A stretch of 64,000 nucleotides of DNA. It comes from Patescibacteria group bacterium. GTDB lineage: Bacteria > Patescibacteriota > Minisyncoccia > Phycocordibacterales > UBA9973. Both the position numbers and the translations under genes were made by a program. Positions 44,798-53,679 of this stretch are shown piece after piece (position 1 is the stretch's first letter; each line of letters opens with the position of its first letter). Where the stretch lies: positions 8,430 through 72,429 of the forward strand of contig JAGWUB010000002.1 of assembly GCA_028868715.1 (NCBI GenBank), written 5' to 3'. A model generated the notes under the pieces. It had not been told where the DNA came from, searched no databases, and saw nothing but the letters and a program-made list of their open reading frames with translations.

Positions 44798-45931
44798 ATG
44801 AAAATTGTTTTTACTGGTGGGGGAACAGGCGGACACTTTTATCCCATTATTGCTATCGTTCAAAAAGTTAATGAAATAATTGATAAGGAGAAAATAATAG
44901 GGGCAAAACTCTATTATATTTCTGACAGTCCTTACGACAAGGAAGTTCTTTTTGAAAACGGACTTTTATACGAGGAGGTATCTGCTGGTAAAATGCGCAG
45001 ATATTTTTCTTGGAAAAACTTCACTGATATTTTTAAAACAGGCTTTGGTATCATTAATGCAGTTTTTAAACTATTTTCAATTTATCCTGATGTTGTCTTT
45101 GGAAAGGGCGGATATGCATCTTTTCCAGTTATTTTCGCTGCTCGCTTGCTAAATATTCCAGTTATAATTCATGAATCAGACTCTGCTCCAGGGCGGGTAA
45201 ATCTTTGGTCTGGTCGTTTTGCAAAAAAAGTAGCAATTTCTTTCCAAGATGCCGCGAATTATTTTCCAAAAAAGACGACAGCTTGGACTGGGCAACCAAT
45301 CAGAACTGAAATTGAGCACCCTGCTCCACAAAAAGAAGCATTTGAATATTTTAAACTGGAATCACAGTTGCCAGTTATTTTAGTTTTGGGAGGCTCTCAA
45401 GGTGCAGAGCTAATAAATAACACTGTGCTTGATGCTCTGCCACGGCTAGTAAAAAATTATCAGATTATTCATCAAACCGGTGTCAGAAATTTTAAAAATG
45501 TTAGTGAGCGCGCGGCAGTTGTCTTGGATGACAATCCAAATAAACTACGATATATATCCATGTCATTTTTAAATCCACTAGCGATGAAGATGGCAGCCAG
45601 TGTGGCAACTATTGTGATTTCCAGAGCTGGCTCCACAATATTTGAAATTGCCTCTTGGGGAGTGCCATCAATTTTGGTTCCATTTACTTCGTCCAACGCC
45701 GATCATTCCAAGAAGAATGCCTTCAATTATGCTCGCGCAGGTGCTTGCAGTGTTATTGAAGAGGCGAATATGACTGCCAATATTTTGAGTTCAGAAATCG
45801 AAAGAATAACTGGAAATAAATCAGAATTAGAGCGAATGACTCAAAGCGCCAAGGATTTCAATAAACCCGGTGCTGCCGAAAAGATTGCTCACGCCATCAT
45901 AGACTTGGCCTTATCTCACGAATCCCGTTAG
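44798..45931 (+). CDS. murG: Undecaprenyl-PP-MurNAc-pentapeptide-UDP-GlcNAc GlcNAc transferase MurG
   Basis: IVFTGGGTGGHFYPIIAI G-loop and the C-terminal GT-B domain (LVLGGSQGA…). Confidence 0.9.
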   Translation: MKIVFTGGGTGGHFYPIIAIVQKVNEIIDKEKIIGAKLYYISDSPYDKEVLFENGLLYEEVSAGKMRRYFSWKNFTDIFKTGFGIINAVFKLFSIYPDVVFGKGGYASFPVIFAARLLNIPVIIHESDSAPGRVNLWSGRFAKKVAISFQDAANYFPKKTTAWTGQPIRTEIEHPAPQKEAFEYFKLESQLPVILVLGGSQGAELINNTVLDALPRLVKNYQIIHQTGVRNFKNVSERAAVVLDDNPNKLRYISMSFLNPLAMKMAASVATIVISRAGSTIFEIASWGVPSILVPFTSSNADHSKKNAFNYARAGACSVIEEANMTANILSSEIERITGNKSELERMTQSAKDFNKPGAAEKIAHAIIDLALSHESR

Positions 45932-45988
45932 AAGAACTAAGAAACGAAAAAGCCACCGGGAGCATAGCTTCTTCGGTGGCGACATTAA

Positions 45989-46273
45989 TCAACATCCATT
46001 TTCATTTTTTTCAATGACATGAGCACAAAACACTCTTGTCTTTGAGCCGTATACCATGTAAAACGGCCCGCCACACTTAGAAGGCCCCGTTATTCCCTCT
46101 AGTAAACTTTTGGGAATTTCTGGAATCCATAGAACAACAGATTTTCCACGATTCAGCTCCCAGTAAAGTCGATCTTTTTCCAAAAGGGAGGAAAAGCATC
46201 TTTTGACTTTACTGAATGGTTTATTTTTTAGATAAACTTCATAAGTTCCTAAAGCTTGAAAACTAGGATGCAT
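45989..46273 (-). CDS. Hypothetical protein (94 aa)
   Basis: Intact ORF with no family recognised; it sits between convergent neighbours. Confidence 0.25.
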   Translation of the reverse strand: MHPSFQALGTYEVYLKNKPFSKVKRCFSSLLEKDRLYWELNRGKSVVLWIPEIPKSLLEGITGPSKCGGPFYMVYGSKTRVFCAHVIEKNENGC

Positions 46274-46381
46274 CTAACTTACCTCCTTTATGAACGTATC
46301 TTATTCCTTTGTGAATGTATATTATTCTCATCACAGTGTCAATTGTTAGAAAAATAATGAAATAAATGCTAAAATAGGTAC

Positions 46382-47824
46382 ATGTCAGAAAAAGATACAG
46401 GAAAAAAAAATGCCAGCGTGGTGACTCGTTTTGCCCCTAGCCCAACGGGTTTTATGCACGTTGGTGGCGTACGTACGGCTCTGTTTGCGTGGCTTTGGGC
46501 TAGAAAAAATAATGGCATTTTCATTTTGCGGATTGAAGACACAGACAAGGAGAGGGAAGTAGAGGGCTCCATAGAGCATATAATCGAATCCTTGAAATGG
46601 CTCGGATTAGATTTTGATTATGGCCCCGAAAAAGATGGCCCAAATGCCCCATATATTCAATCAGAAAGATTAGAAATTTATAAAAAGTATGCACAAACTT
46701 TGATTGAAAAAGGTTTTGCTTACGCAGATCCATATACTGGCGACGAAGTAGAAAAATTTAGAAAAGCAGCAGAAGAAAATAAAAAACCTTTTTTGTATCG
46801 CGAACACCGGCCAAAGACTTTTGAAGTTTGGGATGGTGCCAAACCACTTCGTTTCAAAACTCCAGAAATAAAAAGTTATAAATGGAATGACTTGGTGCAA
46901 GGAGATTTGTCTGCTGGGCCTGAAGCGCTAGATGATTTTATCTTGATCAAGAGCGATGGATTTCCGACTTATAATTTTGCGCACATTGTGGATGATATAG
47001 AAATGCAAGTGACGCACGTGGTGCGTGGCCAAGAATTCATTTCCTCCACTCCTAAATATCTCTCTGTGTACGAAGCGCTTGGAGTGACTCCACCGCTTTA
47101 TGCCTCTATGCCCCATATTATGGCCACCGGTGGTAATAAAAAACTCAGCAAACGTGACGGCGCTAAGGATATTTTAGACTACAAAAAAGAAGGTTACTTG
47201 GCTGAAACGATGATAAATTATTTGGCCTTCTTGGGTTTCAATCCAGGTGGTGAGCGAGAAATATTTACCCCAGAGGAACTCATAAAAGTTTTTGAGCTAA
47301 ATAGAATTCAACGCTCTGGCGCCAAATGGAACGATGAAAAATTGGATTGGTTTAACAAAGAACATATAAAATTATTACCAAAAGAAGAAATAGAAAAAAA
47401 TATTTTAGAATGGTTACCGCCTGAAATGAAAAATCCAAAAATTATTCCAGTAATTTTGGAAAGAATTTCAAAGTGGAGCGATATCACCAATATGGTTGGG
47501 GCAGGGGAGCTAGACTTCTTTTTTAAAGCACCCGAATATGCAAAGGAAAAACTTATTTATAAAAATTCTTCGCTAGAAAAAATTACTGGTAATCTAAAAT
47601 CAGCGATTAAAGCCCTAGAAAGTTTATCCGAAAATAATTTTACTGTAGAAAATATTAAAACTGAATTGATGAAAATAGCCGATAGTCTAGACAACAGAGG
47701 TGAACTGTTGCATCCAGTACGTTTTGCGCTTTCTGGGTTAGATAAGTCACCCGATCCGTTTGTTATAGCTTCAATTTTGGGTAAAAATGAAACTTTATCA
47801 CGTTTACAAAAAGCGATTACCTAA
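46382..47824 (+). CDS. gltX: Glutamyl-tRNA synthetase
   Basis: VVTRFAPSPTGFMHVGGVRTALF (HIGH region) and KLSKRDG (KMSKS). Confidence 0.9.
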   Translation: MSEKDTGKKNASVVTRFAPSPTGFMHVGGVRTALFAWLWARKNNGIFILRIEDTDKEREVEGSIEHIIESLKWLGLDFDYGPEKDGPNAPYIQSERLEIYKKYAQTLIEKGFAYADPYTGDEVEKFRKAAEENKKPFLYREHRPKTFEVWDGAKPLRFKTPEIKSYKWNDLVQGDLSAGPEALDDFILIKSDGFPTYNFAHIVDDIEMQVTHVVRGQEFISSTPKYLSVYEALGVTPPLYASMPHIMATGGNKKLSKRDGAKDILDYKKEGYLAETMINYLAFLGFNPGGEREIFTPEELIKVFELNRIQRSGAKWNDEKLDWFNKEHIKLLPKEEIEKNILEWLPPEMKNPKIIPVILERISKWSDITNMVGAGELDFFFKAPEYAKEKLIYKNSSLEKITGNLKSAIKALESLSENNFTVENIKTELMKIADSLDNRGELLHPVRFALSGLDKSPDPFVIASILGKNETLSRLQKAIT

Positions 47825-49088
47825 GTCTATATTTCTAGGAATATTGCTAATAATTTTTGTTTTAACACCAATAGTTTTTTCCTATGCCCAAACGGCGCAA
47901 GATATTGCAAATAAAATAACTCAGAAAAATGCTGACATTGCGAAATTGGAGGAAGAATTGAAAGTTTACCAAGGCCAGCTGGATATGCTCGGAAAGCAAA
48001 AAAATTCTTTGAATGTTTCCATAAAAGAGTTGGATCTAACTAGAAAAAAATTAGTTACAGATATTTCGGTGACTCAAGGTAAAATTGATGCAACCAATTT
48101 AGAGATACAATCATTGAGCTCTGATATTGGTGACAAGGAAGGGGCAATATTAAACCATAAAAATTCTACCGCTTTACTTCTGCGAGAGACGAATGAATTT
48201 GAAATAGAAAACATGATTTTTACCGTCCTTTCCAAGAATAATTTTACCGAAGTATGGAATGATATAGACAACAGAGCCTCAGTCAGAGAAAAAATAATAG
48301 AAAATATAGGAATATTAGAGACGACCAAAGGCGCCCTAGAAGATACTAGATCATCTACTATCACTGCCAAAAATGAACTTGTGAGCCTAAAATCAAAGCT
48401 AGCTGACCAGCAAAAAATTGTAGTACAAAATACTAATGAAAAAAATAAACTATTGGCTCAAACAAAAAATAGTGAGGCAAGTTACCAAGCGCTGCTGGCG
48501 GATCGTTTAGCCAAAAAAAATGCTTTCGAGCAAGATTTGCGCAACTATGAATCGCAGCTGAAATATATTTTGGATCCATCTTCATTACCAGGGAGCGGAG
48601 TTTTAAGTTGGCCACTTGATAAAATATTTGTAACCCAAATGTTCGGTCAACCTGGAGCTGATGGTAAACGCCTGTTTGTTAATGGTAGCCATAACGGAGT
48701 TGATTTCAGGGCATCTATTGGAACACCGGTCAAGGCTATGGCCGACGGAGTTGTCGCTGGAACAGGGGATACAGATGTGCAATGTCCGGGAGTTTCTTTT
48801 GGTCGCTTTGTGCTTATCAAATACAACAATGGCTTAGCTAGTACCTATGGGCATTTATCACTTATAAAAGTTAGTGCTGGTGAACAGGTCACTCGAGGTG
48901 AAATAGTTGGTTATAGTGGCAATACGGGCTATTCTACGGGGCCACATCTACATGTCTCGGTATATGCGCGAGATGCGGTTGACCTAAAAACTTTACCAAG
49001 TAAATCTTGTCCAGGCAGAGTTCTTACTCAACCAATTTCTCCGATCAATGCCTATCTTGACCCTCTATACTATTTGCCACCTCTATAA
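47787..49088 (+). CDS. M23-family metallopeptidase with N-terminal signal peptide and long coiled coil (EnvC/NlpD-like murein hydrolase or activator)
   Basis: Coiled-coil N-terminal half, then M23 motifs (HNGVDFRASIGTPV, GNTGYSTGPHLHVS). Confidence 0.8.
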   Translation: MKLYHVYKKRLPKSIFLGILLIIFVLTPIVFSYAQTAQDIANKITQKNADIAKLEEELKVYQGQLDMLGKQKNSLNVSIKELDLTRKKLVTDISVTQGKIDATNLEIQSLSSDIGDKEGAILNHKNSTALLLRETNEFEIENMIFTVLSKNNFTEVWNDIDNRASVREKIIENIGILETTKGALEDTRSSTITAKNELVSLKSKLADQQKIVVQNTNEKNKLLAQTKNSEASYQALLADRLAKKNAFEQDLRNYESQLKYILDPSSLPGSGVLSWPLDKIFVTQMFGQPGADGKRLFVNGSHNGVDFRASIGTPVKAMADGVVAGTGDTDVQCPGVSFGRFVLIKYNNGLASTYGHLSLIKVSAGEQVTRGEIVGYSGNTGYSTGPHLHVSVYARDAVDLKTLPSKSCPGRVLTQPISPINAYLDPLYYLPPL

Positions 49089-49091
49089 CCT

Positions 49092-49298
49092 ATGGTAAAA
49101 TTAAAATGTATGCCAAATAAAATAAAAAATTCTGCCCAGCATGGCAGAAAAAATAGTGGATTCGTTGAGCTAATAGTACTTATCGTAATAGCTCTGCTAT
49201 TAATGAAATATTACAATATAAACGTATCTACGGTATTAGGCTGGGGCAATGCCTTCTTGAAGTGGTTTACCTCATACTTTGGTTCTATTTTAAAATAA
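49092..49298 (+). CDS. Hypothetical small membrane protein (68 aa)
   Basis: One TM helix (VELIVLIVIALLLM); follows the M23 gene at a 3-nt spacing. Confidence 0.3.
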   Translation: MVKLKCMPNKIKNSAQHGRKNSGFVELIVLIVIALLLMKYYNINVSTVLGWGNAFLKWFTSYFGSILK

Positions 49299-49547
49299 AA
49301 AAGCCGGCCACCCTTAATTTAAGCAGTGGCTAGCATTTTATAAACTATAAGTATTTGGTAACGATGATCTCAATATAAATATTAGTCTCGTACTCAATAC
49401 TCACATATATAGAGACGGCACTCATTTAGATTTATTACACAGATATAGGGTCACAAAACATATATTGTGCGACACGCACCCATATTACCAACAAAGCTCT
49501 TTACCCCTATCCCCTCATACCTCAAATCAACAACTTGGACTTTATAA

Positions 49548-49952
49548 TTATTTACACGAACTTGAGAGCGCGTACCCTGCGGCTTCGGCCTCTGATGACG
49601 TACTAAAATAAACTCTATTTTCTGGTTTGATAGTTTTGCCTGCGGAGCAGCCAATTGTATAATACTTGGCTCCCCTACTGGATGCGAAAAAATTTTTGCC
49701 AGATAGGGAATTTGAGCTCTGAATAGTCTGTGAGGTATTACTTATAGGCTCTACGGCTTTAATTACGCCTGCAGTCTGGCTGTCGGCTACCGATAAGGCT
49801 TGATTTGGATACTCAATTTTTATGCCTGAGCCAGAATTGGCCTTAGATAGTCTACCTAGCTCAAATGAGCTGATTCCCACTAAAATTACAATAATTATGA
49901 CTAAAATATTCTTCCCTTTCTCACTCTCAATAAATTGCTTGATTTTTTCCAT
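49548..49952 (-). CDS. Hypothetical secreted/membrane-anchored protein with a C-terminal Cys…ENRVYF…EA…AGY…C segment resembling the Ada-type zinc-binding fold
   Basis: The start is taken at MEKIKQF (TM helix follows); the track start at 50018 would overlap rpmA. The C-terminus …YYTIGCSAGKTIKPENRVYFSTSSEAEAAGYALSSSCK matches only part of the Ada_Zn_binding pattern. Low confidence. Confidence 0.3.
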   Translation of the reverse strand: MEKIKQFIESEKGKNILVIIIVILVGISSFELGRLSKANSGSGIKIEYPNQALSVADSQTAGVIKAVEPISNTSQTIQSSNSLSGKNFFASSRGAKYYTIGCSAGKTIKPENRVYFSTSSEAEAAGYALSSSCK

Positions 49953-50009
49953 ACAATTGGTTATAGTGTAGTACAAGTAAATTTTAGCATTAAATAATAT
50001 AACAGCAAT

Positions 50010-50282
50010 ATGGCACATAGAAAAGCCGGCGGTACCGCCAAAAACTTAAGAGATTCAAACCCAAAATACCTAGGTATAAAGCTTGCTGACGGCCAAAAGG
50101 CTCAATCTGGCTCTATTATCGTCCGACAGCGTGGTACAGCTATCATGGCGGGTACAAATGTATCTACAGGCAAAGATCACACTCTTTTCGCTCTAAAGCC
50201 TGGTACAGTTAAATTTGGCTCTAGGCGCAAAGTATCCTTTAATGGCAAGACTGTCGTGAAAAAGATGGTCAATGTAATATAA
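50010..50282 (+). CDS. rpmA: 50S ribosomal protein L27
   Basis: [24 protein letters not shown]…SIIVRQRGT… is canonical L27. Confidence 0.85.
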   Translation: MAHRKAGGTAKNLRDSNPKYLGIKLADGQKAQSGSIIVRQRGTAIMAGTNVSTGKDHTLFALKPGTVKFGSRRKVSFNGKTVVKKMVNVI

Positions 50283-50297
50283 ATAAAACTATACCTA

Positions 50298-50329
50298 AAA
50301 AAATCCCCTATTTGGGGATTTTTTATTTT
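50298..50329 (+). terminator. Rho-independent terminator after rpmA (aaatcccc-tattt-ggggattt + T-run)
   Basis: Perfect 8-bp stem followed by a T-run, 16 nt after the stop. Confidence 0.55.
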
Positions 50330-50521
50330 GTGCTATATTTTTAAGTAGCTCACCTTTAGTTTTTTCCTATCGGCTATGGTAAATAAAGAGACGATTTTCT
50401 GTTAGCACACAATTTCATTTGACTTGTTTTTCTCTAAACCCATAGCTACAAAGCCCTTGCCAAAATATAATCATCCATGATTATTGGCAAGGGCCTTTCC
50501 TTTTTATATTAAAATTTAGAT

Positions 50522-50959
50522 TTACTCCACGATAAGTTTAAATGAAGATTTTTTGCCGTTAACATCAACCAAGATCTCATATTCTCCTACTTCTTTTATT
50601 GGCTTTTCTAATTTTATTGCGCCCTCATCAATACTGGCGTGGTATTCCTTCTGCATAGCGTCTACGATGTCTCTACGGTGTATTCCAGAAAATAAGTGAC
50701 CTTTATCATCAGTTCTGCCAGACATGTGAAGCACTTTACCTTTCAACTCTTCTAGATTTTTCATTAAAAGGTCTGTCTGCACTTCCCTTTCTATTTCAAT
50801 ATTTTTCTTGCGGAGTTCTAATTCAGCTACAGCTTTTGCGGTGGCCATCTCAACTAATTTTCTAGGCAATAAAAAATTCATCGCATAACCATCATTGACC
50901 TCTTTGATGTCATGTCTTTTCCCTACCCTAGGTACATCTTTTAAGAATATGACCTTCAT
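50522..50959 (-). CDS. rplI: 50S ribosomal protein L9
   Basis: MKVIFLKDVPRVGKRHDIKEVNDGYAMNFLLP N-domain, a linker helix, and the C-domain. Confidence 0.8.
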   Translation of the reverse strand: MKVIFLKDVPRVGKRHDIKEVNDGYAMNFLLPRKLVEMATAKAVAELELRKKNIEIEREVQTDLLMKNLEELKGKVLHMSGRTDDKGHLFSGIHRRDIVDAMQKEYHASIDEGAIKLEKPIKEVGEYEILVDVNGKKSSFKLIVE

Positions 50960-50965
50960 AAATTA

Positions 50966-52180
50966 TTAATTAGAATTTAATAATTCGACTGCTTTGTCCA
51001 TTTGTGGATCCTTTTTAGCATCTAGGTCTGCCTTGGTGAATTCTACTGGATAATCTGGGGTCAAACCTTTTTCAGAGATAGATACACCATTTGGAGTTAG
51101 CCATTTGGCTACGGTAATTTTTAAAATAGTATTTGGAGTCACATCTACGACTTCCTGTACCGAACCCTTGCCGAAGCTTTGAGCACCCACGAGCTTTGCT
51201 CGGCCATTATCCTGCATAGCCCCAGCTAATATTTCAGACGCTGAAGCAGAACCACCATCTATGAGAATTACAAATTTTAATTTATCGCTAAAGATATTAT
51301 AGCCTCTACTTCTGTATATATTTGGTTTTTTACTGGTGCCATAGTCTTCAGTCACCACAATTTTTCCCTCAGGTAAAAACCAGCTTGCCATGTCCACAGA
51401 AGCATCCAAATATCCGCCGGGATTTCCTCGTAAATCGAGCACGAGCTTATCATCCTTTGACAAAACAAATTCCTTCATGGCGTTTCGGAAAAGGTTTGCG
51501 GAGTTTGCAGAAAAACTATAAAGTTTTATTACAAAAATTCCATCCTTTCTTTGTTCGGTATCAAGAGTTGGAATATTAATAATATCGCGAACAACTTTTA
51601 TTTCCATTGGATCTGGATTTCCTTCGCGTAAAATTGTGAGGGTGACTGTCGTTCCTTTTTCTCCGCGGATTAATTTAATTGCTTCTTCAATAGACAAATT
51701 AGTAGTAACTTTTTTATCTATTTTTAAAATTTTGTCACCAGATTTAATATTGGCGTTATAAGCTGGAGTACCCTTTAGTGGAGCTATCACTGTCAAAACT
51801 TTATCTTTTATCCCGACTTCCATACCGATTCCGCTGAAATTACCAGCTATTTGATCCTCAAATGACTTTGCCTCGTCTGGCTTAAAAAACATGCTGTACG
51901 GGTCATTTAGAGAGCCTATAAGCCCAGAAATCGCTCCATAGACCCTGTCTTGATCACTGGTTTTACTTGCTCCAGGATATTTTTCATTGATTGTATTCCA
52001 AACTTTCCAGAAAGGAGCAAAGTCGGCTTGGGTGGTCACTGCTGTCTCTTTGTTGGTAAGCATTACCTTGTCTATCTCAGGTCTGTGTCCGTAGCCGATA
52101 TAAATACCTAAAACAAAAAATACACCAACTAGAGATATGGTGATAACAATCTGTCTTATTTTAGAAATATTTTGTGGCAT
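50966..52180 (-). CDS. S41-family C-terminal processing peptidase (CtpA/Prc-like) with PDZ domain
   Basis: N-terminal TM, a PDZ segment (…IKSGDKILKID…), and the S41 catalytic region (LRGNPGGYLDASV…, …GSASASEILAGA… Ser/Lys dyad context). Confidence 0.8.
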   Translation of the reverse strand: MPQNISKIRQIVITISLVGVFFVLGIYIGYGHRPEIDKVMLTNKETAVTTQADFAPFWKVWNTINEKYPGASKTSDQDRVYGAISGLIGSLNDPYSMFFKPDEAKSFEDQIAGNFSGIGMEVGIKDKVLTVIAPLKGTPAYNANIKSGDKILKIDKKVTTNLSIEEAIKLIRGEKGTTVTLTILREGNPDPMEIKVVRDIINIPTLDTEQRKDGIFVIKLYSFSANSANLFRNAMKEFVLSKDDKLVLDLRGNPGGYLDASVDMASWFLPEGKIVVTEDYGTSKKPNIYRSRGYNIFSDKLKFVILIDGGSASASEILAGAMQDNGRAKLVGAQSFGKGSVQEVVDVTPNTILKITVAKWLTPNGVSISEKGLTPDYPVEFTKADLDAKKDPQMDKAVELLNSN

Positions 52181-52188
52181 TTTGTATT

Positions 52189-52446
52189 TTATATTTTTTC
52201 TTCACTCTGTCCGACTACTTCTTGTGGTGCACTCTCACTAGTATGAAAATCACTATTTTCTCTGAAATTATCAAAAGGTTTGGTGACCTGCGTAGCTTTA
52301 TACTCTTTGTTTAACATATAACTATAATAAATTACTATCAAACCAGACAAGGTGAACAAGACGTTTTTCCAAGAATAAGGAAAACCGAGGTATGGCAGAA
52401 GTGCCACCCAGACGCCTAAAATTAAAAGTATACGTTCTCTACGCAT
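52189..52446 (-). CDS. Hypothetical small membrane protein (85 aa)
   Basis: Two hydrophobic helices; coherent ORF. Confidence 0.3.
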   Translation of the reverse strand: MRRERILLILGVWVALLPYLGFPYSWKNVLFTLSGLIVIYYSYMLNKEYKATQVTKPFDNFRENSDFHTSESAPQEVVGQSEEKI

Positions 52447-52470
52447 GGATGTATTGTATCAATAGGAGCA

Positions 52471-53532
52471 TTAATATGCAATAACACTAGCAGAAAGACC
52501 ATCAGTAGGCACTTGGGTTCCTGGCTCGAATATCTTTGTGTTTAGAAGTAATAGGAAAATTATAATTGCGAGAACAGCTAGCCCTCTGCCAATCATGGCT
52601 GGATGCTGAAATTCTTTCTTGATAAATATTACTAGGATTAAGGCGAAGATCATTATCAATGCGATCCCGGAATAGATATAAGCCACATATTCTCGCGGTG
52701 AAGTTAGAATTTTTTGGATAAAAGATTTTATATTAGAAATTGTTAAATCATTTCCGGTTGTTGCGATAGAAGAATTTGTTTCCTCACCCAACACTCGCAC
52801 TGCAGTCGGAGTGGCTGTGATTGCTTTTGGAATTGCAGTCGGAGTATTTGCCACCGCCTTCGGCGGGGTCCCGCCAACGGCGGTGATTTTTGGTTTTGCC
52901 ACAGGAGTGATGATAGTTGTTTTTGTCTCTGTAGGTGTCGTGGTTGGGGCGCTTGGAACGGCTACTGGAGTGCCAAAAAATTGTGCTACAAAAACAGTGT
53001 TTTTGCCCTCATATATGCCATTTGCGACCCCAATACCGATCTCGGTGTAGTTTGGCTTTACTATATTAGCCCGATGAGTTGGTGAGTTCATCCAAGCCTG
53101 AGCCACATCTTGTGATTCAAAGAAATTTACCGCCAAATTCTCCCCTGCCATACTATAATCATAGCCAACTTGATCAAGCCAATACCATGGAGTTTTGCCA
53201 TCAGGACTAGTGTGAGCAAAATATCCACGAGTAGCCATATCGTTTGCTTTTAGTTGTGCTGCTTGAGTAAGTAAACTGTTCTCAGTTAGTGGAGCGAGAT
53301 TATTTTGCGCGCGCTCTTCATTTGTTAGCGTTGTCAGTACTCCTGGTAAAACAGAAGCCAAAAAACTTGTCTTATCAAAGACGACAAATACTTGAATCAG
53401 AAAACCAAGTTCAATCACAATAATTACAAACAAGATCAATATCGTAGACTCACGTCGCAAAAAATGCGGTTTGTAATTATTTTCGCCGTGTGGCACAAAG
53501 TATTTTTTCAGCCACTTAGTAAATTTTTGCAT
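52471..53532 (-). CDS. CAP/SCP/PR-1-like domain protein, membrane-anchored, with Thr/Pro-rich linker and C-terminal TM helix
   Basis: CAP motifs (GYFAHTSPDG, MAGENLA, WMNSPTHRANI), a TTTPTETKTT…TPTA linker, and a C-terminal hydrophobic segment. Confidence 0.7.
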   Translation of the reverse strand: MQKFTKWLKKYFVPHGENNYKPHFLRRESTILILFVIIVIELGFLIQVFVVFDKTSFLASVLPGVLTTLTNEERAQNNLAPLTENSLLTQAAQLKANDMATRGYFAHTSPDGKTPWYWLDQVGYDYSMAGENLAVNFFESQDVAQAWMNSPTHRANIVKPNYTEIGIGVANGIYEGKNTVFVAQFFGTPVAVPSAPTTTPTETKTTIITPVAKPKITAVGGTPPKAVANTPTAIPKAITATPTAVRVLGEETNSSIATTGNDLTISNIKSFIQKILTSPREYVAYIYSGIALIMIFALILVIFIKKEFQHPAMIGRGLAVLAIIIFLLLLNTKIFEPGTQVPTDGLSASVIAY

Positions 53533-53624
53533 TGTGTAAATTATACATTAAAAATCTCTAATGTCAATACTGTGATTACTCGAAATATGTATATGTATTA
53601 TAATACTTTTTCTGCTTTCATCAA

Positions 53625-53661
53625 ACAAAAAAGAACTCCCCTATTATGGGAGTTCTTTTTT
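53625..53661. terminator. Bidirectional rho-independent terminator (aagaactccc-…-gggagttctt flanked by A- and T-runs)
   Basis: Perfect 10-bp stem, located just 3' of the 53680..56175 minus-strand gene. Confidence 0.5.
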
Positions 53662-53679
53662 GTTTCTACTTAATTTATC

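Noticed and set aside
53392-53673. 93-aa plus-strand ORF spanning the CAP-gene start and the island terminator
   Set aside because: It overlaps the CAP-domain gene start on the other strand and runs through a strong hairpin terminator. There is no support.
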